Shown here in pieces: positions 49,839-64,000 of a stretch of 64,000 nucleotides of DNA. The stretch is from assembly GCF_006345805.1 (NCBI RefSeq), contig NC_042998.1, positions 80,352,001 to 80,416,000 on the forward strand. Reading direction: 5' to 3'. This DNA comes from Octopus sinensis (taxonomy: Eukaryota). The notes under the pieces are model-generated. The model was given only the letters and a program-made list of their open reading frames with translations, was not told the origin of the DNA and ran no database searches. Both the position numbers and the translations under genes were made by a program. The stretch's first letter is position 1. The number at the start of each line of letters is the position of its first letter.

Positions 49839-50855
49839 TCAGGTCATTAAGAATAAAATGGTCTGATTTTTTTATGCACCAAGTTTGACAGTTGTTAACT
49901 ATGTTTTATCCTGACAATTCTTTGTTTTACAACATTGAAGAGTTACATCATCACTTTTCAAAATGCAATTCACGGTGTCTGGTTATATTGTGAGTTTTCT
50001 CTTGTAAATTAATTTTTGTGAACCTATGGATAGATCAAAAATTCATGTTGTTTATGAATATGAGTTCCATTGTGGAACCAATGCATCCTAAACAGCTTGA
50101 AACATCAATGAACTGTTTGGTGAAGATATGACAAATAACGCACTGTACATCGATGGTTTGAGAAGTTCCTGTCTGGTGACTTTACTCTTGAAAATCAGCC
50201 CCAAAGTAGACCTGAGAACAAGGTGGATAATGATGAGCTGTAAACGGTAAAAGCAGATACATCTCAAACTACACGTGAGTTAGCAGAAGCTAATGGTGTC
50301 GTCCACTACAGCTTCATGGGACCTGGTAAGTCAATTACAGTGGATGTATACATCAACCAATTGGATGAAATGATGAGTGAAATTGCAATTAAACAACCAA
50401 GATTGGTCAATAGAGACAGGTCAATTCTCTTGCAAGACAATGCTTGACCACATGTTGCACAAAGAACGCTACTCAAGTGACAGAAGCTGAGCTCAAGTGA
50501 CAGAAAATGAGCTCAAGTGACAGAAACTGAGCTCAAGTGACAGAAACAGAAGTACTTTGTCATCCACCATAAACACCAGACCTTGCACCAACTGATTATC
50601 ACAATTTCCAGGCATTAGACAACTTTTTGCAAAGAAAAGACTTCAAATCTGAAGATGCAAAAACAGCCTTTCATGATTCCATCACCTCTTGCTCTCCAGA
50701 ATTCTTAGCTGCCAACATAAATAAGCTATTGATAAAATGGCAAAATTGTGTTGATAATTTAGGTGCATACTTTGATTAACTGCATTGCATTTTGTTGAGA
50801 TAAAGTTAAAGAAACTTTCAGTTCAAATTCGGACATTTCATTCTTAATGACCTGA
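49839..50855 (+). mobile_element. Internally deleted, decayed mariner (Hsmar1/cecropia-like) element
   Basis: TA|TCAGGTCATTAAGAATAAAATG ... CATTTCATTCTTAATGACCTGA|TA TIRs. Translation remnants RWFEKFLSGDFTLENQP, LLQDNA*PHVA, HPP*TPDLAPTDYH and KWQNCVDNLGAYFD. Confidence 0.92.
50472..50547. repeat. 20-bp tandem repeat (~3.8 copies) inside the mariner
   Basis: ctcaagtgacagaa(g/a)(c/a)tgag repeated. Confidence 0.95.
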
Positions 50856-53701
50856 TATATAACAATTTTAAACAGTTTACCTAAGATTAAGTTTCCTCTT
50901 TAGATGCCTCTCTCCCCACCAATATTTCAGTTTCCATTATTTAGTAAGTCTCTACAAAGCTCAAAGAGAATCCACATTAAAGTTCTGTTAACATATTTGC
51001 TGTTTCATAAGTATTCAAGATGACATTCCAAATAAAGCCATTCAACTGATTGGCAAAGATTCTATCACCAACATGCTTCGACCACTTATTCACAGACCTA
51101 TTGTTCCCCAACCCATCTCTTCTGCTGCTGCTGCTACTGCTACTACTACTACTACAGCTTCTGCTCCTCTTGATTAGCTAACAGTGTATCCGGTGCACTT
51201 GTTTCTTTTACTCCCTACATCACTCTATTGTGCCTAACTTCTTAGTTCTCACACTAAATTCTTTACTGAAACTTCACAAAATAGTTATGCTTTTGAATTT
51301 TTGTTTCCGTAATTGTACCTTCACTAAATTTCCTTACAACTTCCTACCTGCCTGGGGTAAGGAAATTACTAAGATCAACTGTTATGTATAGAGACTACAA
51401 GTACTTCATTGGCCTTCATAGGGAAAGGCTTACATCTCTAGAAATGATATTAAAACCAATGACCCATGAAGTTGTGCCAAGGCCATGTGTGTGCTTTTAA
51501 GGCATCTAAAGAATTTGTGGGGGTGTGTGTGTGTGTGTGTAGGGGTGGATTAGATATGTGTGTTAATAAACTTGTCAGTTATCCAGTCTTTACTCGACAT
51601 AGGAGGTAAAAGTGAATACAATATTCATCATTAATTTTATTGCCAATTGAAGCTAAGATTTGGTATATAAAAACCATGGGAGAAAAAGAAGAAACAGATG
51701 TCGACCCTGCATGCTAGGAAAGTCATGACTTTGAATAAAAGCTGATAGCAGATACACTTTAGTTTCAACCAATAGCACCTCTTATGTCAGTGGCATAATA
51801 AAATGAACTAAGCTCATAAAGAAAATAGATTTTGATTGGTAATAGGAAAAGATCCACCTGTAAAAACAATAGAAATAAATAGAAGGTAAGTTTACTCTAT
51901 GTATGGGTGTATCAGATGATGAAGAGTCGACAGACTTATTCAACACACACTAGCCTAGAAAGACAAATATAAAACAATGATGATGCTACACACACACACA
52001 GTTCTTTTGTCAGCTGAAATTATTACAGGAATGACTCAATAGCCTACAGCTCCCGAGTCACGCCTCATTCCAAACCACTTATTAAACTAATTTACATATT
52101 GACATTTCTTTACAAATGTAAATCCAAAACAGACCTACCACACACACACACACACATATGCACACACATGTATCTTTATATGTGACAAATGAAATCAAAG
52201 CCATTAGAAGGTTGGATAGAATGCATTGCAATATTTATGCCAGATCTCTGTACTCTACATTAAAAATTCACTGAGGTTACCTTTGCCTTTCATCTTTTCC
52301 AGTATTATTTGGAGGAGTATAAAAAAATTGATAAAATATTTTGTGTATTATAGAAGTATTACCAATATACTGACCATAAATTTTAACAACAAAAATCATA
52401 TCTGAAATCCCCACAAGGGTCATATGGACCCCAGTTGAGAACCACTAAGCTAGATCAAAGGTGGGAGACCCAAGAGTGTTAGTATCGTTATCTAATATGG
52501 TGTACACAACAGAAACAGTATCAAATAATATAACCATCTATTTATCATAATATTTAAACCTTTAGCATTCAGATTACTTTGTCAAGTGTAATGCTTATTT
52601 ATTCATGTCGCTTTGAAATTTCAATGGCATGAGTGTTTATTTTTAGAACAATATTGTAGGGTAAATGTGAGAGGCCAGATCTGATCATATTTGAACAGAA
52701 AACAGGTGGAATATTTTGGATATGGCTGGTTTAAATGCTAATGGAATGTATGCCATCCACAGGCAAGTTACTATGGTATTCACCTTGAGATAACATCTCT
52801 TATGTGTGTGTATGTACACACACACATGCTGTATTTCAAAACAGAATGTATATCAGAGGCAGACAAAACTCATCCTGGCAGTAACTAGTGAGGACATCAG
52901 GTGCATCTCAGCGTTTTTGGACCTTGTCAATGATGTCTATTTGTAGCCAGCCACATGCACAGAGGAGATCTGTTGCCTCTAATATAGCAAACGGTGAATA
53001 ATTCATCCACTGGTATTGCAAACATCTACCCAACTAAGCACCTAAAACAATTAACAAAAGTATGGTTTTGTGCTACAAAGCTAGCCTCCAGTTGTTGTAG
53101 GGTGTGTGATATATGAGAGAGTGAGAGAGAAAGAGAGAGAAATTTGTATCCACATTTCATGCTTGTATGGATGGCTTAATTCATTTGTTAGACTAACTGC
53201 ATTTAAGGCTGAGAGCCCTTTCTGTCACAAACCACTCAACTATAGAGTAGGAGTGGAATCTGTATTTTTGTTCAGTCAGGCAGCTTATAACCATGTCATA
53301 TGATAAAGGAAAGCAGCATGACAGCTTAACCTCACAGTCACTGTTTAATTTTTTTTTGTAGCTCTGTTCTTCCAATACAACTTTTGTCTATTGTTTTTGA
53401 AGTTTGAATAAATTTCAACTCTTTTCGGACATTTGATGATGGAGCAAATACCAAGTAAAAAAATAAGCAGAATATAGTATTTTCCATATTTGCTACTCTT
53501 AGTTTTCACTGAAGGTTTCAAAACTGCAAAGTCATTTCAGACATGTACACAAATGGTTTACATGCTCCAAGGAAGAGGAAATCAACTTCACAAACTCTCT
53601 ACACTCATGCCAACCTGCTCAGTTCAATACTGATCAATTGAACCATCTTCTAAGAGCATCTGTGCTATTCCACTAGGAAATTTGCTCAACAGATTGGATG
53701 C

Positions 53702-53762
<61 letters not shown>

Positions 53763-56377
53763 ACACACATTTATACACATGTAAATACACACATGTATAA
53801 TATATGAAGGAGAGGGAGACAAACATATATGTAAATAGAAGCACACATTCACACACGTGCTATTATGACTATATGTAATATATAACAGGTTGTAGAGTTC
53901 CTTCCCAAATGAAGACAGTCAAAGTAGAAAGTGCTACAACTATTACAACCACCATATAACTATCATTACTGCTGCTACTACAATCTCTGTATTTCATTTA
54001 TATTTTATTGACTGTGTCAACATCATTGACTCTCGACAGAAATTAATATAATAGCACTCATTAATAATTAATTAACACCAGTCTATATTTCACTGAAGCT
54101 GTTATAACATGCAGCTTATAACTGATATAAACTCACAAACAAGTCTGTATGGACACTCAAACTGTTAGAATTAGCAGCCAAATCTCCCTCAAATCACATT
54201 CCATTGCTTTAAAAAAAATAGAACTTTGAACAATCTTGGATATATTGTCTAAACTTGAGATGAGATTGTCATAGGTGGTACCCTTAGAAAAGAGGTTTGT
54301 TTGATCAAACAAACCAAAAACAGAGCCTCTGCAAAGCCACTCAACCAGCTAGAAATACCTGCCAAATCTCTGACTCACACTGTCTTAATAAAAGGGAAGG
54401 ACACATTAGATAATATACTCACAGATAATCATAAAATGACTGGGTGGTCTACTCAATGAAGGTTTGGCATGACGTTAAAAACAACAATAAGAACAAGAGA
54501 TGGACAGAAACTGAAAGAGCCTGCAGGACCAATAACCCCCACCAAAGAATTGGATCAGCTACAATATGGGATTGTGTCTTAAAACATAAAACCTCAATCC
54601 TTGAGAACCCAGTGATTATAATATTGATTCTTTGCATTGGCATGTAGCCACAAATTTGTGAGGAATAGCGTAACAAATTGAATCAATTCCAGTTCATTGA
54701 TTGAACTCAGGATTGTCATCTATAACCAGATCTGAATCATCATCATCATCATCATTTAATGTCAACTTTTCCATGCTCACAAGGATGGGTCAGATGGAAT
54801 TTGTTGAGGTAGATTTTCTATGGTCAGATGCTCTTCCTGTTGCAAACCCTCACTTGTTTCCAAGTAAAGTAACATTTTCCCCATGGTCAAACAATATATT
54901 TTTCACAGAAGACCAGAAATTAACCTTGCTTGTATGATGATGATGATGCTCATTTACAATTACCATGTGATGTTGAGACAAGGGTACACAATTATGATGA
55001 TGCCGATATCACACACACACACAACAGGCTTCTTTCAGTTTCTGTCAATCAAGTCCTTTCACAAGGCTTTGAACGATTCAATGCTATAATGGAAGACACT
55101 TGCCGAAGTTGATGTGCTGTGGGACTGAACTCAAGACCACATGGTTGGGAAGTAAACTTCTTAATTACACAGCCATGCCTATGCCTGTAGAATTTTAAAA
55201 CATTAAACTAAATACTATAATAAGACATTTATTTTGTTTGACTCTCTACCATTTCTACCATACATTGCTGCCTAAAAGCACCAATGAAGCCACTGAGGAG
55301 AGACATGCCATATAAACATGCTATCATTTATCAGTTTCCATAGCATTTTGTCTAATACTTTAACTGCTTCTATCCACCTACCACTCTCTAGGTAGTGTTT
55401 ATAACACAGATATAAGCAGCAGTTGTTGCTGACTATCACTACCACTCATACTTGGATGGATAAAGATACTAACATTTAAACCAATATTGATTTTCTTTTT
55501 ACCAAGTGCAAGGTTAGTTCTAGAAAGGGGAAGCTATAGCTGATTGACTCATCTTGTATATTACTGATCCTTATTTTACTGATAACCCCCACCAAAGCTG
55601 GATTTGAACTTAGAACATAGAGCAATAAAGATATCATAAAGGATTAACTTTTAGTATTACAAACTGTTTAATCAATTTCTGCCAGCTCATATTCTCTGAA
55701 TTGATTTTTTTTTTTCAAAAATTGCCTCACATCCATTTTTTTTAATGTTTATATGGCTAGAGCATATTTTTATTGGAGCAAATGCATGTTCACATTTTTT
55801 AAGCCCTCTTGATGTCTGATACTAAAACCCATACTATGAAAAGAAGCTTTATACAGCAGACTATTAATAATATGCTACAATTAGAACAATCTGGAAGCTG
55901 CAATTAGAATAATCTCTATGGATGGTATTACAAACTTTCAAAAGCCAACTGTGCAAATACAATGGTTGTTTTAAAATATATTCTTATATATAATTTATCT
56001 TTATAATGTGTTACATAATTTTCTTTGAAACTCTGCACAACCAGATGATTTATCCTAGACATTCACTGACATATAAAGTCTAGAAGCAAACAAGATTCAG
56101 CTACATTGAAACCATAATCTTTCAGTTGTTAGACTTACATGAAACCAGACAAAACAGACTTCTACTTAACCCAGGCCAACCAAACCCTTGTAAGTGGATT
56201 CAGTTGATGAAAACTGAAAGAAGCTAATTGTGTGTGTGTGTGTGTGTGCGTATGTATGTGATTGTGTATGAGCATGGATGTGAATGCGTCTGTCTGTTTG
56301 TCTTGATATCATATGATAGTTGTAACAGTTACTGTCATACAAGTGGTGTCCATTTCTAATCTCTTAGGAAAGCATAC

Positions 56378-56803
56378 AGGCGTAGCAGTGGCTTTGTGGT
56401 AAGTATCTTGTTTACCAACCACATGGTTCTGGGTTTAGTCCCACTGCATGGCACCTTGGGCAAGTGTCTTCTACTATAGCCTCGGGCTGACCAAAGCCTT
56501 GTGAGTGGATTTGGTAGATGGAAACTGAAAGAAGCCCGTCATATATATGTGTGTGTGTGTGTGTATATATATACATATATATATATGTGTGTGTATATGT
56601 TTCTGTGTCTGTGTTTGTTCCCCCAACATCGCTTGACAACCGATACTGATGTGTTTACATCCCTGTAATTTAGCGGTTCAGTGGAAGAGACTGATAAAAT
56701 AAGTACTAGGCTTACAAAGAATAAGTCCTGGGGGCGATTTGCTCAACTAAAAGGCGGTGCTCCAGCATGGCCACAATCAAATGACTGAAACAAGTAAAAG
56801 AGA
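56378..56803 (+). mobile_element. Near full-length tRNA-derived SINE (CORE-like ccttgggcaagt) with an internal (AT/GT)n tract and a non-RTE tail
   Basis: Head gtggctttgtggtaagt...gggtttagtcccactgc; tail aggcggtgctccagcatggccac..caaatgactgaaacaagtaaaagag. Relatives at ~11655-11965, 46950-47350 and 59780-60115. Confidence 0.8.
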
Positions 56804-56892
56804 CTATGGGAAAATATTTACTTTACTTGGAAACAGGAGACAGTTCAAACAAGAAGGGCATCAAGCTGTAGAAAATTTGCCTCAACAAATAT

Positions 56893-57205
56893 GTTACCAA
56901 CAGTGACATCCTTGAACAGGCAGAAGCTGCTAGCATGAAGATAAAGTTACAAGTGCACAAGGTAGGACACATTTTCAGGATAGAGGATCATTGCCTGCCT
57001 GAGACTGTGCTGAATGGCAAACTCTCTACTGGCCACTATGACAGAGGTGTACCAAAGAAATAGTATATGGATATTCTAAAGAAATCTCTTAGCGTTTGTC
57101 ACATTGATCCTTGATAGCCTCCAATTCTGAGGCTTGGCAACACACCATCCACCCATCTGTTTCCTTCGAGAATGCAGGTAGGGTTACCTCTGAAGACAAA
57201 AGATT
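56893..57205 (+). mobile_element. Degenerate RTE-BovB-like LINE 3' ORF fragment
   Basis: Conceptual translation VTNSDILEQAEAAS...GHIFRIEDHCLPETVLNGKLSTGHYDRGVPKK..DILKKSL, typical of the RTE/BovB C-terminus. Confidence 0.7.
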
Positions 57206-57693
57206 CAGGAAGATCTTTTCTATTGAACATTTTTAGATATTTTGAAAGATGAAGTAGACAACAGTAAAGAAAGGAACGGCTGTTAAAAGGTAATGAGGGA
57301 GTAGCAGGGAAGTGGTTGGGAATCATGTAGCAGATTATTTGGGACTCAGGGTAGGATGAGATGGAAATTGAAAAAGACACCGAGTTCTACTAGCTTTAAA
57401 ATGTGAATACTACTGCTGCTGCTGATAATGATGACAGTGATAATGAAGTTGTTTAGCCCCATTGAGCCTTGACAGCAGATCCCTGATCAAAAATGTTTCA
57501 TGGGAATGATAATGATGTATTCCAAATCAGTTCTGATAGAGGAGACCTATGATCAAATGCATTCATGTTTAAGTCATCCTAACATTTTTAACATTTAGTA
57601 TACTTTGGATAACATTATCTAACATGGTGGGTGTAATTTGAAAGAGATTTAGCTGCTATTTTTGGCAGGTTGAATGGCCACATAAAGGTTTGC

Positions 57694-57916
57694 TTAACCC
57701 TTTAGCATTTAAACTGGCCATATCCAGCCAAAATATTCTACCTGTTTTATGTTCAAATTAGTTAGATTCTAGCCTCTCATACTTACACTTTAATGTTATT
57801 CCAAAAATAAGCAATCACATCACCAAAATCTCAGAGCAAGAAGGTAATGCATGATTAATTTAAAACAAAATGAATATATAAGTATTACATTTGACAAAAT
57901 ATTGTGAATGCTAAGG
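57694..57916. mobile_element. piggyBac-type MITE copy
   Basis: Begins ttaaccctttagcatttaaac; the body matches 26152-26379; ends aatgctaagg. Confidence 0.75.
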
Positions 57917-59704
57917 ACCTATATCTAGCAGGTGCCATAATCATCATCATCCTGTATCTATGTTTCTATGTAGGAGGATGGGGCTGGTCATGTATGTTTG
58001 GAGTATATAGGAAACCCTTACTATATATATGGAAACCTTTATTATTCCAGATACAAGTTCCACATATAATCCAGGAAGTCTGATTACAGTTACTTTGCTC
58101 CGCCTAATGATTTCAACAGTCTGTAGTATTTATTTTTCAGCTTACAAAGTAGCTAGATAAAATATAAGACAACAATTAGAAGTAGTCTCATTTGAAATAA
58201 GTAAAATGGCATTCAAAATTAAATACAGTAAAAATAACAAATTCATGTAAGACAATCAATTCAACAGGCTTTATAATTCTGTAAAGACAGAAACTTAAGG
58301 AAGACTAACTCAGTCTATAATACACTAGCCATATTCACCTACTGAGTCAATACTTTTAATATCAAAGCCTCAAGACTGCTTCTAGTTGTTTTCATACAAA
58401 TAGTCATCGTTATCAGTGTAACATCTACTTCTCCATTCTTGCAGCCGTCAGATGGAATTAGTTGAGGCAGAGTTTCTACAGCTGGATACTCTTCCTGTCA
58501 ACAGTCCTCACCTGTTTCCAAGCAGGGTAAGATTTCCCCCATGGTCAGACAGGTTTTCAATGGAAGACTGGAAACAAACAAAATTGCTTGCATGACAGAG
58601 ATGACTGTTTAAAGGTACATACAAACACTAAGACATTACAAATTTTTATAAATGAATAACATCATAGTCATTTAACATCTGTTTTCTATGCTGCCATGGG
58701 TTGGACGATTTGACATAGAGCTGGCCAGCCAGGGAGCTGACCAGACACCAATTGTCAGTTGTGGCATGGTTTCTACAGCTGGATGCCTTTCCTAATGCCA
58801 ACCACTTTACAGAGTGTGCTGGGTGCTTTTACATGCCAATGGCACAATTACATTTACATAATTGAAATACTGGTTGCAAATTTTGGTACAAGGCCAGTAA
58901 TTTTTACTACACCGACTCCAGTGTTCAACTGTTATTTATTTTATCGACCCCAAAAGGCAAAGTCAACCTCAGCAGAATTTGAATTCAGAATGTAAAGAAG
59001 GATGGAATACTGTTAAGCATATTGCTGAGCCTACTTATGAACCTGTCAGTTTGCCACCTTAAATAATTCAAACATTAAAGCTTATGGTAAACTTAATGAG
59101 ATGACATAGCAGGAAGATGGTTGGTTGAATAGGTAATGTAACCTCAGTGATTTATTTAATATACAAAACACATGATTTATAGGTCAGTAGTTCAAATCCG
59201 CAGCTAGTGTTTTGTTATTTTGTAAACAGGATGGATGTATAAAAGATAATGTTATATGGTCCTAGTTAATCTTGCTGCAGGGATTAGCAGTGTAAATGAC
59301 AAACAATATCCTAATCAGCCATCGTTGACCTAATAAAACAAAGACAGACAGGCAGAGAGAAATGGAGATGGCAGAGAGGAGAGGAGAAAGAGAAAGAGGG
59401 AAAGGGAAAAAGGAAAGTGAGAAGAGAGAAAGATACAATACTAATCAGGCTACTAGAAACAATGAAGTGTCTTCCCTAAACATACAGTGTAACATGTCCA
59501 ACTAAATGCAACCTTCCAATTTATAGGGCAAATTACACAATGTAATCCATAGGAAGGACAGAGCTGAAGATGAATATATAAGAAGTTACGGTGAGGTAGA
59601 GAGAGTACTCAATCACAATATGAAAGAATATTGAAGAAATATTTCGTTTTTGCATTTGATTTGCAAGATTCTTGCTGTGAGCCCATGTGTTGAAATGTAT
59701 TTTA

Positions 59705-60306
59705 TTGTATCTTGGGAGGGTCATTATGCCATTAATAAACACAAACACTGGTTCTATTTCACTTACCTTTTACCCTATATCTTTGACTTTTTTCAGTTAT
59801 TTGACTACAGCCAGTCTGGGGCTCTGCCTTTGAAGAGTTTTAGTCAAATAAATTGACTCTAAGACATTGTTTTAAGCCTAGAACTTATTCTATTGGTTTC
59901 TTTCCTGAACCACAAAGTTACAGGGATGTAATCACACCAACATTGGTTGCCAAGTGGCGGTGGGGGACAAAAACAGAGACCCAAAGATACACACACACAT
60001 ATACACATACATATATAGTAGTTTCCATCTACAAAACCTACTCACAAGGCTTTAGTTGGCCTGAGGCTATAGTAGAAGACACTTGCCCAAGGTTCTACTA
60101 CACAGCCACGCCTGTGCCTTCTTTGTTTTTATTTATCAGTTTGTCAAGTATTTAACCAATTAACTAATTGATTGTCTGATTAAATGTTTAGTCAATCATA
60201 ATCAACTAACTGATTAGTTAAATAGTTAACCTATTAACAAATGAATAAGTGAAATAGAACCAGTGTGTGTATTTATTAATGGCATAATGACCTTCCCAAG
60301 ACACAA
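59705..60306. repeat. 61-bp inverted repeat pair (4 mismatches) enclosing a SINE and a quasi-palindromic core
   Basis: 59705-59765 matches the reverse complement of 60246-60306. Confidence 0.9.
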
Positions 60307-61279
60307 CAAAAAATTGGTCAAATGTTACTGTCAAAACCTCAGTAAAATGTAAGCATAACAGATCAGACATAATGGTCTAAGATGAAGAAAAATTGCACAC
60401 AGTAGTGGAAATGAGTTGCATCAGATGATGTTAAAGATAAGTAAAAAAAAAACATCTATGCTCAACTAAGGGAAATCTGCTGATACTCTGTCAGAATTAT
60501 AGCTTTAGATTTATAGCTGTGAATATTGAGACATTTGAATATATAACTAACAGCTATGACATGAAATCTTGAGAATCTAAGCATCACAAAACCAGAAGCA
60601 GGTGGCTAATTAGGAAATCACATTGCAATCCATTAACTGAACTGTGAAAATATGTAAAACATTCCAGAAGTTTCACATGTAATGTATGTGTACACACACG
60701 CAAACATACATACCATAGAAAGAATGTATATGTACACATACATAAGTCAAACCATACATATCTACACATGCAATGACATTGATGCTTACGAATATACATA
60801 TGTGTGAGCAGATACATACATGATGATTGAAGTCCATTAAAAATTCTTATTGGCCACCTAAGATATTTAATCAAGAACACCCTCAGAGGATCAACTGAAT
60901 ATTACAAGATGGACATGCAAGTGTGAGGAACAAGCAAATTGAAGTGCATTATGCATTGTAGACCACTAATGTGCCACCAATTGCACAAAGCAAACAACAT
61001 GCTGATGCATAAAGAGTTATGCAGTCCAAATGTGCATGCACCAGTGAATAGGACCAGGAGTGTGAAAGAACAACCCAGGTGGACACACGAGGTACACCTA
61101 CAATGGCACCCATACTCTAAATATATTGGAGTACCTTTTCAAGACCCAGTAATGAGCATGTCTACAGCTTGTAAATGATTAACAAACTAATACCTAAGTT
61201 CACAATCAACAACTGTATTGGTTGTTATAAACAAAACCAGTCTAGATATATCAGTATATGATATAATAATGATATTTCC

Positions 61280-62200
61280 TCATCTCAGAAATTCAGGCAT
61301 TATTTATCAAAAAATGCATGTTTTGAAAATAGACTAGAATGATAAATGATTTGCCGGTAGCAACATATTTCTTCAAATTCTTTGAATATTTTCTTTCTGC
61401 TATTTGAAAAGGGAAATCTTTCCTGAAATATTCTAGAATCATTGAACAGCCTATGGAAAGTAATACAATATCTTTTCTCTTTGTTTTCATTTATTGACAT
61501 CACCTTACATATTTCTTTTAACTCCTCACCTATATTGCTCAAAAGCTTTTTCAAGTATTTATCTCATTTATACATTTTGAAGTGCTTCAAGCAAATTACA
61601 ATATTCTTTTAGATATTTTAGTATTATTTTATATATCTATATCTTTTGGAGCATAATGAAAATTTTAAAAGATATTCATGATCTCTGAATTCTATTTGCA
61701 AATTATCAAGATCTGTAATTGTTCAACAAACCACTAAAATATATAAAGGCTTGGTTATCTTTCAAACTTTTACCATATACTGTTATTTTAAGATTTATAT
61801 GAGATTTTCACGACAGGGCTGATAAAAAATGACAGCTTTATCAAGATTTATGATACGGTCTAATATGTCAAATGCCAATAAAATTTTATCCACAAGAGTT
61901 TGAAGATAGTTTTCATTGTCTGTGATAATATTAGTCATTGGTCTCTTATCAGAGACACAAAAGTGTGAAATTTAGAATTAAACCCTCTGGGATTGAATAA
62001 CTTACCAGTTGTGCTGTAGTGTATATAAACATTTTCAAAGCAGCTATTGAAAATGATTGAAAAAAGCTATTGTGAAGTCTATGGCAAATATTATAGTAGT
62101 TATATCACCCTATTATATCTCCGTCACTGACTGAAAATATATCTGAGCATTCCCCACTAATTACAACATGCACTAATTATATCATGTCAAAAGAATTGAT
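61280..62200 (-). mobile_element. Highly decayed RTE-BovB-like RT fragment
   Basis: The minus strand at ~61950-62035 translates ENVYIHYSTTGKLFNPRGFNSKFHTFVSLIRD, matching the RTE/BovB 'VYIRYRT.GKLFNLRRL...LIRDLL(Y/F)ADD' segment. Boundaries are approximate. Confidence 0.6.
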
Positions 62201-62315
62201 TCGGGAAATCATGATGCATAACGAATAGTTCTCAAGTTGGTTGTGTTGATAAATTTACAAATATCAATTCTTTTGACATGATATAATTAGTGCATGTTGT
62301 AATTAGTGGGGAATG
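62148..62315. repeat. Perfect 53-bp inverted repeat with a 62-nt spacer
   Basis: cattccccactaattacaacatgcactaattatatcatgtcaaaagaattgat (62148-62200) is the exact reverse complement of 62263-62315. Confidence 0.97.
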
Positions 62316-64000
62316 TTTTGACTTGGTTTCTACAGCTGGATGCCCTTCCTGATGCTAACCACTTTTACAGAGTGTACTAGGTACTTTTTATCAGTGCGTT
62401 TCATGTGGCACCAGCACCCAAGTATGAAACAATTAAACTCCAATGGTTTACTGATGCCACAAATATACACAGAACCGAATTTCATTGTTCAACACATTCT
62501 TTGAAAATAAAGAGATTCACAAGGAAACCCAAACTGAGTGCACCCAGGTTCCAGGAATTGCACATGATTGGTTAGAAGGAAAGATTTTGAATAATAATGG
62601 GTTTCTTGGTTTTAAGAGGATGAGTATAATCCTGCAAGAACTAAACTGAAGTTCAAATTCAAAGTAAGACTTAAAATTAGAAAGAATTTTCAATGCTTAA
62701 GAAGGTTTGATGTTGCGGGGTTAAAAGAAATCTGTCAGGTATTAATTCTTTGAAAGATATTACGAAGTGGGATGTCTTAAGAAGAAAAAAAAAGAAATTT
62801 ACCAAGTTTCAAAAGAAGTATTGGTGTTTACAAAGTCCAAAAGCAAGGACAGGTTTAACAATAGTAATAAATATATACAAAGCTTTATTATCCTTGTAAA
62901 AGATCTGCATAAACAAATTTATCAAAATGAAAATTTAGACATAAATTATAATTATATAAAACTATATAGATTATTTAAAATTTTAATTATTTAGATTTAT
63001 ATGAAAATTTGAGTCAAAGATTCAGAAAGAAACCATAAACAAGAAGAAGAGGTGGGTTGTATGTGCCTATGATCTTTAATAAATGTATGCCAAAAGAGAT
63101 GCTAAGTAGCTTCAGATACATATGCATGCATGCACACACACACACATCTATCTAAATTCCACTTAAAGAGCCTTGTTTCTGCACTGGAAACTAGCACTTT
63201 CTCTTGGAAAGAAACTTGAAAAATAAGATTAGAAGAACAAATAAATGCATGTATGTGTGTGTACACACACACACACGTACACATATATGCAAGGACACAC
63301 ACACACGTACACATATATGCAAGGACACACACGCATACATAAACTTATGGAAAATGATAGATTCAGCCTTAAGTAGGTTCTATGAATATTTAATGCAACA
63401 AGTCCTAGGAGTGTGATGTTCTACGGCAATACAATATCTATTTCTCTTCATCTTTAGACTTCAAAAGGTATTGATTCATATGTGTAAAAGAGATAAACAT
63501 GTAATGTATATGGATGTGAAGTACTGACTAAATATTATTTAGCTGTAGGTCAGCCCTGGGCCAACAGACATGTGATCAAAGGTATTCCAGCCATGACCAT
63601 TCCATTTTTATGGGTATCTAGCACTATATTAATCAATGCATCAATATTTGTTTAAAACAATGAGGTTTGCTTTGAGGGATAGTTGTTGGTGGTTATAAAC
63701 ATATAATGTCTATGGAAGCAATTTGGCTCAGTTATAAACACATAATATATATATATAAGTGATAAGTGCTCAATAAGTTTCAACAAGTACAAGAGACAAT
63801 TCAGAACAATTTGTTTTTTTATGAGATGATATGTCCACCGACACTTAACTGTCAATTTATATGCAGATGGCATCTCTGAGAACATTAACTTTACATATGT
63901 TTTGTTTTTCTAAATATATAAAACTTGTAACAAATATGTCAATGTTCTTTTTCTTTTTTGCTCATTTTACTTATAATATATATATATATATTACTAATTA

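Noticed and set aside
42610-64000. Search for the upstream KRKLREKRRSTG (NLS/SAC) exon or a promoter
   Set aside because: No matching coding segment or CpG-rich promoter-like region was found, so this is treated as one long intron continuing beyond the window.
1-64000. Strand bias of RTE-tail elements relative to the host gene
   Set aside because: Copies occur in both orientations and many are SINE tails; I could not support a bias by eye.

Overview
AT-rich, repeat-dense animal genomic DNA. The SINE, LINE and microsatellite content suggests an octopus or another coleoid cephalopod; this is an inference. The whole window appears to lie inside one minus-strand gene that resembles PAWR/Par-4 (PRKC apoptosis WT1 regulator). 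Four phase-compatible coding exons were recovered by reading splice signals: 42609-42487, 31094-31054, 16244-15707 and 5976-5872. They give STGDSLDDEDEG...TKRNTTFNE...|DHVPKTYTARRTKS|PSDLDADLEDNQDYDS...|LLNREREENRRLIKLLDDKDRRIAELEKEIALLNK. The N-terminal KRRST/SAC exon and the final leucine-zipper exon were not found and are presumably outside the window. Two small candidate alternative exons are the most interesting signals. One is a 31-nt cassette (4702-4672) that would put a stop just before the leucine zipper, recalling the 31-nt LZ switch of MYPT1. The other is a 29-nt microexon (14925-14897) that stays in frame only with an internal phase-1 donor in the large exon. The introns contain RTE LINE fragments (one young copy with a PHD-like finger inserted after the RT core), two decayed mariner elements, Penelope-like remnants with hammerhead-ribozyme motifs, tRNA-derived SINE families with TSDs, piggyBac- and hAT-type MITEs, several fold-back inverted repeats, tandem duplications and microsatellites. 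Most ORFs in the six-frame track are spurious.
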